A stretch of 64,000 nucleotides of DNA from an uncultured Acidobacteriota bacterium (GCA_963846425.1 CAWJVW010000005.1:3163732-3227731), one strand, 5' to 3'. Positions 8,907-18,529 are shown, numbered from the stretch's first letter. Notes: generated by a model not told the origin, from the sequence alone. Made by a program: numbers and translations.

Positions 8907-9890
8907 ATGAACGTTCTCGTCTCCATCCAGCAACCCGTGCGCGCCTGGCAGATTCCCGCCGAGGGTGTTGAGACACTGCGGGAGCGGTTTCCGGACGTCA
9001 ACTTCATTCACGCCACTGACGATCAAACACGCGCGAGCGGGCTCGAGGCTGCCGAGGTTGCTTTCACGTGGATCCTTTCGACAGCGGAGCTTGCGCGCGC
9101 ATCGCGCGTGCGCTGGGTTCACTCTTCAGCGGTTGCAGTCGAGACACTCTGTCTCCCCGAGCTTTTCGCGCGTCAGATCGTCGTTTCCAACTCGCGGGGT
9201 GTGCAGTCGGGCCCCATCGCGGAGCATGTGATGGCGGCCCTACTCGCGCTTGCGAAGCGATTGCCGTATGTGATCGATCGTCAGCGCGATCGGCAGTGGG
9301 CACAGAACGATTTCATTGGCGAACGGCTCCCGTGGCTGCTGCACGGCAAGACGCTGGGCTTGATTGGCGCGGGCACGATTGGCTCGGCAATCGCGCGGCT
9401 CGCGTCCGCCTTCGGCATGAAGGTGATCGCGCTGACGCGCCGCGCCGGACGCCCGAGGTCGGCGGACGTCGCCGAAATGCTGCCACCTGGAAGCCTCGAT
9501 CGTTTGCTCGCCGAGTCCGATGTTCTGGTGATCGCAGCGCCGCTCACACCCGAAACGCTCGACATGATTGGGGCCGCCCAACTTGCACGCATGAAGCGCG
9601 GGTCGGTGTTGATCAACGTCGGTCGCGCGCGAATCGTTGACCATCAGGCGCTTGCCAATGCGCTCCGCACCGGTCATCTCGGCGGCGCGTCGCTGGACGT
9701 CTTCCCACGCGAACCGCTGCCACCTGACGACCCGCTGTGGACGCTCCCCAATGTCATTCTCACGCCGCACACGTCGGGTTTCCGGCAGGGGCACTGGGAC
9801 GAGGTCATCGATTTGTTCAGCGAGAATTTGCGGCGCTACCGCCGCGGTGAACCGGTGCACTTTCGTGTCGAGCCAGAGTTGGGGTACTGA
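8907..9890 (+). CDS. D-isomer-specific 2-hydroxyacid dehydrogenase family protein
   Basis: NAD-binding GKTLGLIGAGTIGSAIA, DVLVIAAPLTPET, TPHTSG catalytic region. Confidence 0.85.
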   Translation: MNVLVSIQQPVRAWQIPAEGVETLRERFPDVNFIHATDDQTRASGLEAAEVAFTWILSTAELARASRVRWVHSSAVAVETLCLPELFARQIVVSNSRGVQSGPIAEHVMAALLALAKRLPYVIDRQRDRQWAQNDFIGERLPWLLHGKTLGLIGAGTIGSAIARLASAFGMKVIALTRRAGRPRSADVAEMLPPGSLDRLLAESDVLVIAAPLTPETLDMIGAAQLARMKRGSVLINVGRARIVDHQALANALRTGHLGGASLDVFPREPLPPDDPLWTLPNVILTPHTSGFRQGHWDEVIDLFSENLRRYRRGEPVHFRVEPELGY

Positions 9891-9892
9891 GT

Positions 9893-10006
9893 CGGTGGTT
9901 AAGGTGCCTGATGTGCCTAGAGTGCCTAGGGTGCCTCAAGTGCCTGACGTTCCACTAGTGCCGAAGCACGCTATGCACGCTAGGGACCCTAGGCACCATA
10001 GGCACC
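9893..10006. repeat. Inverted pair of 9-bp-period arrays (GTGCCTNNN x5, then AGGCAC x2)
   Basis: GTGCCT at 9903, 9912, 9921, 9930, 9939. AGGCAC at 9990, 9999. Same unit family as 47436-47489. Confidence 0.85.
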
Positions 10007-11154
10007 CTGATTACCGCCCGCAGCTTGATGGCCTGCGCGCGCTGGCCGTTGTCGCCGTCGCGTGGTCGCATTGGGAACGGGCGTATCAATTCGGGATCCC
10101 ATTCGGCGCCGGGGTCCACCTGTTTTACGCGCTCAGCGGGTTTCTCATCACAGGAATTCTGCTCGAAGTGCGGGCGCACGCGGATCGGATGAGCGCCGTT
10201 CGTGCGTTTTATGTGCGACGGGCGCTGCGGATCTTCCCCGCGTTTTACCTGACCCTCGCGCTGGCGTGGCTGGCGGATGTCACTCCAGTCCGTGAGACGT
10301 TGGCCTGGCACGTTGCTTACCTGTCGAACGTCCAGATCTTCCTGACGGAGACGTGGCCCGGATCAATTAGTCATCTCTGGTCGCTGGCGGTGGAAGAACA
10401 GTTCTACGTGATCTGGCCCTGGCTCATCGTGTTTGTGCCGCGTCGCTGGCTCGTGCCCGCTGTCGTTGTCGCGATCGTTTCCGCGCCCATGTTTCGATGG
10501 TGGTTGGCGACCGAGGGCTATCGCGAGACGCTGCTCGCCGTGTTGACACCAGGATGCCTGGATTCGCTGGGAGTGGGCGCGTTGGTGGCATTAATGGCGG
10601 GACCGAAGTCCCGCTCTACGAGCGACACGCACCGCGGGTCAACAGCCGACGGCCCACGGTCAGCGGTCGCCAACCACCAGTCTCCGGTCCGCCGTCTCCG
10701 GTCTCCCGTCGTCAGCCTTGGCGCCGCCGGATTCCTGACGGCGTTGCTGGTCGCTGAAGGTTCGGGGAGCCAACTGCCGCTCGGGCTTATCGCCCTCAAG
10801 CAGACTTTGCAGGCGATTGTTTTTGCGTGGCTGGTTTTCCGAGCGGCCGAAGGGTTTGGTGGCATCACCGGCCGCGTCTTGTCAGCCGGGCCTGTCGTCT
10901 ACATCGGCCGCATCAGTTACGGCATTTATCTCGCACACGGATTCGCCGGCGATCTCCTCGCCGGCGTCGGAATCAACAGCCGGGCGTTGCCTGAGCCGTG
11001 GCGTTTTATGATTCTGTCCGGTCTCACCGTGGGCCTTGCCGCCGTCTCGTGGCGCCTCGTGGAGAGTCCGATCAATGCGATGAAGGCACGGTTTCCGTAC
11101 ACGCGCGCTACTCGTTCTGCAGCGCCCGCACCGGGTCAATTCGCGACGCCGTAA
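9973..11154 (+). CDS. Acyltransferase family 3 (OafA-like) membrane protein
   Basis: LDGLRALAVVAVAWSHW start motif and a multi-TM body. The ATG at 9973 is the first start after the upstream gene and lies inside the repeat. The longer ORF start 9637 overlaps the dehydrogenase gene. Confidence 0.75.
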   Translation: MHARDPRHHRHPDYRPQLDGLRALAVVAVAWSHWERAYQFGIPFGAGVHLFYALSGFLITGILLEVRAHADRMSAVRAFYVRRALRIFPAFYLTLALAWLADVTPVRETLAWHVAYLSNVQIFLTETWPGSISHLWSLAVEEQFYVIWPWLIVFVPRRWLVPAVVVAIVSAPMFRWWLATEGYRETLLAVLTPGCLDSLGVGALVALMAGPKSRSTSDTHRGSTADGPRSAVANHQSPVRRLRSPVVSLGAAGFLTALLVAEGSGSQLPLGLIALKQTLQAIVFAWLVFRAAEGFGGITGRVLSAGPVVYIGRISYGIYLAHGFAGDLLAGVGINSRALPEPWRFMILSGLTVGLAAVSWRLVESPINAMKARFPYTRATRSAAPAPGQFATP

Positions 11155-13576
11155 TTGCGGGTACTAGATTCGCGAGCCCGGCGACCGCGAGCAACAACCC
11201 CGTCGCGGCGCCGTAAGCCAGCGCGTCCGCCCCGCCGACACCGTAGAGCAGAGATTCCAGTAAGCGGCCCAAGCCGGCCGATGCGACGGCTCCGAGCACA
11301 ATCCCGGTCAGGGCCAGGCGGCCGCCTTGCGCCAGGACCATTCGCAGCACTTGTCCCCGTTCGGCGCCGAGCGCCATCCGGATGCCTACCTCGCGCGTTC
11401 GTCGACTGACTGAGTACGCGACGACACCGTAGACGCCGACCGCGGCAAGCAACAACGCAAGCACGCCGAATGCGCCGAGCACCATGGCGCCGATGCGCGT
11501 GGGCGCCACGGTCGTCGCAGCCACATCCTCGGCCGGCACGTCCTCGGTGAACACGATGTCAGGCTCGAGCTTCCATAGCTGGTCTCGCAGCATTGGCAAT
11601 GCCGCCGAAGCAGGTGTGGCCGTGCGAACGATCAGGCCGATCGCCCGCGACCTTGCTTCTGGCAAATGGAGGTAGGGACGCGGCGCCTCGCCGACGGAGC
11701 GGACCTTGTGGTCGCGCGCGACGCCCACGATGACGAGTGGCTCCCGATCGCTCACATAGATCTGGCGACCTACCGCGGTGCCATCTGGCCAGAACAATTT
11801 CGCCATGGTTTCGTTGATGATGGCAACCTTGCGCGTGCCAGCCGTATCGTCCTGTGTGAACCGACGCCCCACCACGATAGGAATACCGACGACATCGAAG
11901 TAGTCAGCGCCAACTGCCACGGTATCGATTGGTGTGCCGTCATCATCCGGCGCGTGATGCCCCGGCACTCTGACGCCATCTATGTTGATGTCGGGCGCGA
12001 GAGGCAGCCGCGATGCCGTGGAAACAGCCGTCACGCCGGGAAGCGCGCGAAGTGCCTCCATTGCGCGATCCCGCAGTGCTGTTGCTCGATCCACGTCGTA
12101 CCCGTTCATTTGCAAGTTGAACGACAACGACGAGATGGGACGAGGGTCGTAGCCGAGGTCGGTATTCTGTGCCCGCACAAGGCCACGAGCGAGCAGCGCT
12201 CCCGCCACGAGCAGCACCAGCGACAAAGCGAGCTGCCCCACGACGAGCGCGTCTCGCACCGAGATGCGGCGTCGTCGAGCTGATTCCGCCGAGTCTTTGA
12301 GAGCCGGCACGAGATCAGGTTTCGAAGCTGTCCATGCTGGCGCCAACCCGAACAGCAAAGCCGTCGCGACCGACACGCTCGATGCAAACGTCAGCACCAT
12401 TTGGTCAATTGCAAAGTCGAACTCGATTGGCATCGGGAAAACGTTGCTTCCAACCCCCGACAACGCCCGCCCGGCCCACCACGCGATGAGCAAACCGATC
12501 GCGCCTCCGGCGACTGCGAGCAGCATGGATTCTGCAATCAGTTGCCTCACCAGGCGTCCGCGACTTGCGCCGATCGCTGCGCGGATGGCCAGCTCGCGCC
12601 GCCGCGCGGCACCACGCGCGAGGAGCATGCTCGCCACATTGCCGCACGCAATGAGCAGCACCAGGCCTACGGCGCCCAGCAGCGCGCCGCTGGCAGCACG
12701 AACATATCCATCCAGCATCGGATGAAAACGGATGTTAGCGGCGGGCAGGACACTGGCCGTAACCTTGTCATTGGTAATGGGGTGCTCGGTGGACAGGCGC
12801 CCAAAAATCGTCTCGACCTGAACGCGGGCGTCTTCGACCGTACGGCCTTCTGCCAACCGGCCCTTCAGGAAGAGCCAGCGCGTGCCGCGGCGAGTCAAAC
12901 GAGTCGTACCGGGGTCGTTGTCGGAGCTGGCCTGAACCCCGGAGAACTCCAGGCGCTCCACCATCGTCACTGGCACCCAGAACTCCGTCGGAATTCCCGG
13001 GAGTGTTCCTGTAAAGCCGGACGGCCCGACCCCCACGACCGTGTAGACGTGACCGGAGAGCCTCACTGTCTCGCCGATCACGGATGGACTGGCGCCAAAT
13101 TGTCGCTGCCAGAGCCCATGACCCAGGACCACTACCGACGCCGCATCCGGCCCGATGTCTTCACCCACTCGAAATCCGCGCCCCAGTGGTGGCCGGATGC
13201 CCAGCAGATCGAAGTAGTTGGCGCTCACCGCTTCGCCCGTGACCAGCCGGCCGCGATCGCGCGTCGACAGAATGCCGCGGACGTAGGCGTTCGCGGCGAC
13301 GCCGACCAGGGCGTCGGCCCCCGCGCGAATGTCGAGATAGTCCGGATACGACGTTGTCAGCTGAGGAAAGTCTTTGGTGAGGCCCGTGTAAATCTCGACC
13401 AGCCGGTCGGGTTCGGCGACCAGGCTGTCGCGAAGCAGTACGGCGTTCACGACGCTGAATAGGGCCGTGTTGAGGCCGATCCCCAGCGCCAGCGATCCGA
13501 TCGCAGCGGCGGCAAAGGCCGGACGGCGAAACAATTGGCGCGCCCCATGGCGCAGATCTCTCAGCAGTACGCTCAA
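11108..13576 (-). CDS. ADOP-family duplicated FtsX/MacB-like ABC permease
   Basis: 822 aa. N-terminus LRDLRHGARQLFRRPAFAAAAIGSLALGIG, with two MacB-periplasmic plus FtsX halves. Confidence 0.85.
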   Translation of the reverse strand: MSVLLRDLRHGARQLFRRPAFAAAAIGSLALGIGLNTALFSVVNAVLLRDSLVAEPDRLVEIYTGLTKDFPQLTTSYPDYLDIRAGADALVGVAANAYVRGILSTRDRGRLVTGEAVSANYFDLLGIRPPLGRGFRVGEDIGPDAASVVVLGHGLWQRQFGASPSVIGETVRLSGHVYTVVGVGPSGFTGTLPGIPTEFWVPVTMVERLEFSGVQASSDNDPGTTRLTRRGTRWLFLKGRLAEGRTVEDARVQVETIFGRLSTEHPITNDKVTASVLPAANIRFHPMLDGYVRAASGALLGAVGLVLLIACGNVASMLLARGAARRRELAIRAAIGASRGRLVRQLIAESMLLAVAGGAIGLLIAWWAGRALSGVGSNVFPMPIEFDFAIDQMVLTFASSVSVATALLFGLAPAWTASKPDLVPALKDSAESARRRRISVRDALVVGQLALSLVLLVAGALLARGLVRAQNTDLGYDPRPISSLSFNLQMNGYDVDRATALRDRAMEALRALPGVTAVSTASRLPLAPDINIDGVRVPGHHAPDDDGTPIDTVAVGADYFDVVGIPIVVGRRFTQDDTAGTRKVAIINETMAKLFWPDGTAVGRQIYVSDREPLVIVGVARDHKVRSVGEAPRPYLHLPEARSRAIGLIVRTATPASAALPMLRDQLWKLEPDIVFTEDVPAEDVAATTVAPTRIGAMVLGAFGVLALLLAAVGVYGVVAYSVSRRTREVGIRMALGAERGQVLRMVLAQGGRLALTGIVLGAVASAGLGRLLESLLYGVGGADALAYGAATGLLLAVAGLANLVPAITASRIDPVRALQNE

Positions 13577-13585
13577 ACGTGCCCC

Positions 13586-14461
13586 CTACCGGATACGGGG
13601 ATCTTGGGGGGGAGGTTCGATATGGATGACCGCATCCTTGACCTGTGGGAACCTCGCCATGATGCGATCCTTGACGATGTGAGAGACTCGATGCGCCTCG
13701 TCCAGGCGCATCCCCGGATTCATCCAGATGTGCAGATCGAGGAATACGTGGTCGGACGCCCCGCGTGAGCGGATCTTCTCGCATCCCAGCACCTCGGGGA
13801 CCGTTTGCACGACGTCGCGGATGTCATCGGCCGCGATCACGATTTCGTCAGCGAGAATGCGCAATGTGTCCTGAAAGATCTCCCAGCATGCGTAGCTAAT
13901 GAAGCCTGCGACGACCAGCGCTGCAATGGGGTCGAGCAGGGGAAACCCCAGGCGGATCCCCACGAGCGCAGCGATTACTGTTGCCGAGGTGAACAAATCG
14001 CTCTGCGTATGATGCGCATCGGCGAGCAGCACCTCGCTCGAAAGCCGATGACCCGCGCGGCGCTCGTAAACCACCACTCCGAGGTTCACGACGAATGTCG
14101 CCGCCATGATGATGAAGCTCAGGGCTTCCACTCGCGGTGACACGGGGGACCGAAACCGCTCGATCGCCCCCCAAAGCACCTGAACGAGCACCAGCAACAG
14201 AAACAGCACGATGGCGACAGATGCCATTGTTTCGAACTTGCGGTGGCCGTAAGGATGATCGGCGTCGGGCGGTTGCCGCGCGACTCGAACGCCAACCAGG
14301 GCGACGATATTCGAGGCGCCGTCGGTCAGCGAGTGAAACCCATCCGACAGTACGCTGACCGCGCCGGTGGCTGCGCCCAGCGCGATTTTGGCAAACGCGA
14401 CCAGCAGATTGAGAGCGAGGACGCGACCGAGAACACGGGAGACGTCGGCGTAGCGGTCCAA
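13586..14461 (-). CDS. Cation diffusion facilitator family transporter
   Basis: Six TM segments, HSLTDGASN and DAHHTQSDL metal-site motifs, C-terminal cytoplasmic domain. Confidence 0.85.
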   Translation of the reverse strand: MDRYADVSRVLGRVLALNLLVAFAKIALGAATGAVSVLSDGFHSLTDGASNIVALVGVRVARQPPDADHPYGHRKFETMASVAIVLFLLLVLVQVLWGAIERFRSPVSPRVEALSFIIMAATFVVNLGVVVYERRAGHRLSSEVLLADAHHTQSDLFTSATVIAALVGIRLGFPLLDPIAALVVAGFISYACWEIFQDTLRILADEIVIAADDIRDVVQTVPEVLGCEKIRSRGASDHVFLDLHIWMNPGMRLDEAHRVSHIVKDRIMARFPQVKDAVIHIEPPPQDPRIR

Positions 14462-14485
14462 GGCAGGTCAGTTTCCAGTGGCCGT

Positions 14486-14514
14486 CCGGGGACAGGTTTT
14501 AAACCTGTCCCCGG
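14486..14514 (-). terminator. Near-perfect 29-bp palindrome downstream of lepB (possible terminator or protein-binding site)
   Basis: CCGGGGACAGGTTT-T-AAACCTGTCCCCGG, flanked by GTTTCC...GGAAAC. It lies 18 nt after the lepB stop. No U-tract follows. Confidence 0.4.
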
Positions 14515-14531
14515 TGCCGGTGAGGAAACTT

Positions 14532-15164
14532 TCAGAACACCCTGCCGTTCGGCACTGGCCACCACCGCAGCTGCACCTTGCCGATGATGTACTTCTTGGG
14601 CACGAAGCCCCAGTGCCGGCTATCGGAGCTGTTGTTGCGATGGTCACCCATCACGAAGTAGTAGCCTTCAGGGATCACCTGTGGGCCCCAGTCGTCGTGG
14701 CTGCGATACTCGGGCGGCACGTAGTCGTCGCGCAGCGGCACGTCGTTGACGTAGACACGGCCGTCGACGATGCGCACGGTATCGCTTTCCTCGGCGATGA
14801 CCCGCTTGACGAACGACTTGTCGGGATTGAGCGGGTAGTACAGCATCACGATGTCGCTTCGCTGCGGATCTGCGATCCGGTAGGCAAGCTTGTTGACGAT
14901 CAGGCGATCCTGATCCGCCAGCGTTGGCGCCATGCTCTGGCCCTCGACACGCGCCACCTGGAAGCCAAAAGTGACGATCAAGGTGGCGTAAACAGCCGCC
15001 GACGCGAGTGTCTTGACCCACGCCACAAACTCGTCGCGCCACAGCTCGAGCCGACGAATGATGATAGACGACCGATCGTCGAGCTCCGCGCGGATTGCAG
15101 CGGCCTGAGGCGGCGGGAAGCCACGGTCCAGTGGTGACTGCGACGGCGGATCGAAGCTGACCAT
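14532..15164 (-). CDS. lepB: Signal peptidase I
   Basis: GQSMAPTL (Ser box), KRVIAE (Lys box), GDHRNNSSDSRHWG. The ATG at 15164 is chosen to avoid overlapping the upstream response-regulator gene. Confidence 0.9.
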   Translation of the reverse strand: MVSFDPPSQSPLDRGFPPPQAAAIRAELDDRSSIIIRRLELWRDEFVAWVKTLASAAVYATLIVTFGFQVARVEGQSMAPTLADQDRLIVNKLAYRIADPQRSDIVMLYYPLNPDKSFVKRVIAEESDTVRIVDGRVYVNDVPLRDDYVPPEYRSHDDWGPQVIPEGYYFVMGDHRNNSSDSRHWGFVPKKYIIGKVQLRWWPVPNGRVF

Positions 15165-15223
15165 GGAGTCGAAGCTCCGCTCGAAGCCAGGCAGCGATTG
15201 GGGCTGCTCGGAGCCGACCCCGC

Positions 15224-16000
15224 CTACAGTTTCAGGTACTCCCGTAACCGGCGGGTTTGCATGCGGCTCACTGGGATTTCCGTCGCCTTCGCGTCCTTCA
15301 TCCTGAGGATGTAGTTCCTGCTGAACCAAGGGACGATCTCCTTGATCTTATTGATGTTGACGAGGTGCGACCGGTGAACCCGCCAGAACACCTCGGGATC
15401 CAGCCGGGCCTGCAACTCGTCGAGAGTCCGATAGTTAGACGTTCCCGAGACCTGCCCTGTCACAATACTAATCGAATCTTCTGCGAGCGAGGCGTAGATG
15501 ATGTCCTCGGCCTGGACCAGGGCAATCCGGTCGGCCATTTTGACCGCAACCTGGTTTCGCCGGTCTTTCTGCCCCGACATCAGCCGTACCAGACGTTCGA
15601 GTTGGTCGCCCAGGGGCGGTCCCGCCCGTCGTCTCCGGACCCTCTGCACAGCCTGTTCCAACCGGCTGGGATCCACCGGTTTCAGGACGTAGTCCACCGC
15701 ATTTACCTCGAATGCCTCGACGGCCCGGTGGTCGAAGGCCGTGACGAAAACCACGGCCAGGTCGGTTCCGCTCTCGAGGACGCGCCGGGCGACCTCGAAG
15801 CCCGTCAGCCCGGGCATTTGGACGTCGAGAAACGCGACATCTGGTCCCACCCGCGTGATTTCCTCGAGGGCCTGGAGGCCGTCCACCGCCTGGGCGACGA
15901 CCTCGACCCCCTCGACTTTCCCTAGCAGAAAGCACAACTCCTCTCGCGCCAGCTGCTCATCGTCTGCCACCAGCGCCGTCAGAGATCCGTTGGTGATCAC
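15224..16000 (-). CDS. LytR/AlgR-family response regulator (REC + LytTR)
   Basis: ALVADDE, FLDVQMPGLTGFE, C-terminal LytTR (HRSHLVNINKI). GTG 16000 overlaps the kinase stop (GTGA). Confidence 0.85.
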   Translation of the reverse strand: MITNGSLTALVADDEQLAREELCFLLGKVEGVEVVAQAVDGLQALEEITRVGPDVAFLDVQMPGLTGFEVARRVLESGTDLAVVFVTAFDHRAVEAFEVNAVDYVLKPVDPSRLEQAVQRVRRRRAGPPLGDQLERLVRLMSGQKDRRNQVAVKMADRIALVQAEDIIYASLAEDSISIVTGQVSGTSNYRTLDELQARLDPEVFWRVHRSHLVNINKIKEIVPWFSRNYILRMKDAKATEIPVSRMQTRRLREYLKL

Positions 16001-17340
16001 GCGGAGGCTTGCTCCTCGGCGACCAGAATCGGGATCTCGAGGCGGGCGCACGCGCCCTCGCCCGGCGACCCGCGCAGCACGACGCGGCCTGTCGCACCGT
16101 AGATCACGCGAAGGCGCTCGTGGACGTTGCTCAGGCCAATCCCGCTCGACATGGCGGATTGCAGTCGTTCATCCGAAATCCCCAAGCCATCGTCTTCGAT
16201 GTCGAGAATCAGAAGTTCATTCTCGCGATGGCTGCGCAGCGTGATGTGTCCGACGCCGACCTTGCGCGTCAATCCATGTTTGATGGCGTTTTCGACCAAC
16301 GGCTGGAGAATCATGCTCGGGACGATGATGTCGAGTGTATCTGGTGCGATCTCCTTCTGCACTCCCAGGCGAGGACCAAAGCGGACGACTTCGATGTCGA
16401 GATACTCGTCAATCGAATCGAGCTCCTCGCGCAGGGTCACGAACTGCTCATGACTGCGAAGCAGCTTGCGGAGCAGTCCCGACAACTTCTGGATCACCGC
16501 TCGCGCCGTTTCGGGCTCCGAGCGAATGAGCGAGGAGACCGACGTCAGCGTGTTGAACAGAAAGTGCGGATTGATCTGACTCTTGAGCGCTTCGATCTTG
16601 GCGGCGAGCAGCAGCTTCTCCTGTTCCTGCAGACGATGCTCGATCCGTGCGTTGTTCCAGATCTTGATGGGGATCGACACCGTGAGCACGGTTGCAACGT
16701 ACACGACGACGGTGAGCCACGCGGACGGCGCCTCGAAATAAAATAGGCGCTGTTCGCCGAAACGCATGCCGACAGTTTGGCGGATGGCCTCGAGGCCGAT
16801 TGGAACGAACAGCAGCACGACCTGCCAGTCGATCGCGAGGTTGCGGACCATGCGCCACGCGTAGCGGGGCACGCTGAAAAACACGAATGGAGAAAAGTTC
16901 CAGATGTGTTCTTTCGGGCAGACTTCGCGCAGGCCGCCACCCGCAAAACCGCAGCCGACCGCAAACGGGATTGCCGCCCATTCGTTGGCGAACAGGGCCG
17001 GCAGGGCAATCGCTCCGCCCACGATTGCGCCCGTGTAGGGTCCGGCGATGAGCCCTGCGAGAAACGCGCCCTCGAGCATCAAGTCCGCCGCGTCGTAATT
17101 GAGTAACAGGCGCGAGACGACCCCGATGGCGAGTGGAAGGGTCAACCCAAGCGCGAAGGCCAGCCGGTCGGGCCAGTCGCGGCGTTCGAAAATGAGGATG
17201 TGGCGAAAGCGCCGGTAGCGCGCCAGCATCGTCGCCAGCGCGGCCATCACGGCCAGTTTCCCGACAAGCGTCGCGAGCAGGAACTGGTCGGCGGACAGGA
17301 GCCGAGCGTCTTGCGGCAAGGTCGGGTACAATTTAAACAT
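15997..17340 (-). CDS. LytS-type sensor histidine kinase
   Basis: Multi-TM 5TMR-LYT-like N-terminus, HFLFNTLTSV His-kinase box, DDGLGI / GIGLSNVHERL ATPase motifs. Confidence 0.85.
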   Translation of the reverse strand: MFKLYPTLPQDARLLSADQFLLATLVGKLAVMAALATMLARYRRFRHILIFERRDWPDRLAFALGLTLPLAIGVVSRLLLNYDAADLMLEGAFLAGLIAGPYTGAIVGGAIALPALFANEWAAIPFAVGCGFAGGGLREVCPKEHIWNFSPFVFFSVPRYAWRMVRNLAIDWQVVLLFVPIGLEAIRQTVGMRFGEQRLFYFEAPSAWLTVVVYVATVLTVSIPIKIWNNARIEHRLQEQEKLLLAAKIEALKSQINPHFLFNTLTSVSSLIRSEPETARAVIQKLSGLLRKLLRSHEQFVTLREELDSIDEYLDIEVVRFGPRLGVQKEIAPDTLDIIVPSMILQPLVENAIKHGLTRKVGVGHITLRSHRENELLILDIEDDGLGISDERLQSAMSSGIGLSNVHERLRVIYGATGRVVLRGSPGEGACARLEIPILVAEEQASA

Positions 17341-17764
17341 GATCCGGCCGCTCGTTGAGGGCTTTGCACTCACTTTCAAACATCTGTTCCGCAACCCGAT
17401 CACCGTCAACTATCCGGACCAGAAGGTCCCGATGTTCCCGAAGTACCGCGGCAAGCAAGTGTTGATGCGGGACGAAAACGGACTGGAAAAGTGCGTCGCC
17501 TGTGGCTTGTGCGCGGTGGCCTGCCCGGCAGACGCCATTTACCTGGAGGCTGCGGAGAACGACGGATCGGTCATGGCCGGGCCCCGATACGCGTCGGTCT
17601 ATCAGATCCACAAAACGCGGTGCATCTTCTGCGGCTACTGCGAAGAAGCGTGCCCGGTCTCGGCGATTTTCATGGGGAAGGACTACGAGCTGGCCGTCTA
17701 CAGCAAGGACGATTTCGTGTGGGACAAGTCAGAGCTGCTCGTGCCGCCGCCGTCCAGTAAGTAG
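17339..17764 (+). CDS. nuoI: NADH-quinone oxidoreductase subunit I (orphan, no other nuo genes nearby)
   Basis: VNYPDQK, two 4Fe-4S motifs CVACGLCAVACP and CIFCGYCEEACP, 141 aa. Confidence 0.85.
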   Translation: MIRPLVEGFALTFKHLFRNPITVNYPDQKVPMFPKYRGKQVLMRDENGLEKCVACGLCAVACPADAIYLEAAENDGSVMAGPRYASVYQIHKTRCIFCGYCEEACPVSAIFMGKDYELAVYSKDDFVWDKSELLVPPPSSK

Positions 17765-17787
17765 ATCAGCCGATTCTCTGAGTCTCT

Positions 17788-18489
17788 GTGCCTCTGAGGC
17801 CCGAACGTTTCGGTGTTCTCGGCGACATCCACGGCAACTTCGCCGCGCTCGACCGGATCATCGCGCGTCATCCTGAGATTCCTTTCTGGCTGTGTGTCGG
17901 CGATGTCGCAAGCGCGGACGGATCGTATCCGGAGCCTGCGGCACCGCTTTACTGGATCAAGGGCAACAACGAGTCTTTCGATCGCATCGAGGCGTTTCGC
18001 GTGGGGAGGGATGCGATCCCCCATCTGCACTACATTCCGAACGGTACGGTCGTGACTGTCGGAACGCTCAGCGTGGCCGGGCTAGGAGGAACGCACGCTC
18101 CGACGTGGTACGACACGCCAGTGGCGGCATTGCCTGTCCGGCCCAAGGACGATAAGCGTCGTCACTTCGTGCGCGAGGAGGTGGAGGCGTGCAAAGCCCT
18201 GGGTCGAGTTGACATCCTGCTCAGCCACGAAGCGCCCAAGCCGTTCTGGATCGATTTGCCGTCATCGACAGCGCCATCGAAGCGCTGGAGACGGGATGTA
18301 GGCAAAGTGCCGGTTGCGGAAGTGGCGGACGCGCTTCAACCTCGGCTGCACTTCTTCGGACATCACCACGTCCAGGCATCATTTACCCGCGTCGGAATTC
18401 CGACTGTTTGTGTCGATCGCGTCAATCGTTCCTTCCTGCTCGTGGACCGAGACACGTTCGTGTGGGAGGTCCACAGCACCCCCGTTTGA
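17788..18489 (+). CDS. Metallophosphoesterase
   Basis: LGDIHGN, GDV, GNNE, SHE, GHHH motif series. Confidence 0.8.
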   Translation: MPLRPERFGVLGDIHGNFAALDRIIARHPEIPFWLCVGDVASADGSYPEPAAPLYWIKGNNESFDRIEAFRVGRDAIPHLHYIPNGTVVTVGTLSVAGLGGTHAPTWYDTPVAALPVRPKDDKRRHFVREEVEACKALGRVDILLSHEAPKPFWIDLPSSTAPSKRWRRDVGKVPVAEVADALQPRLHFFGHHHVQASFTRVGIPTVCVDRVNRSFLLVDRDTFVWEVHSTPV

Positions 18490-18529
18490 CGCATGAAGTA
18501 CCATGAGGGGTTGACGTACCACCGCTGAG

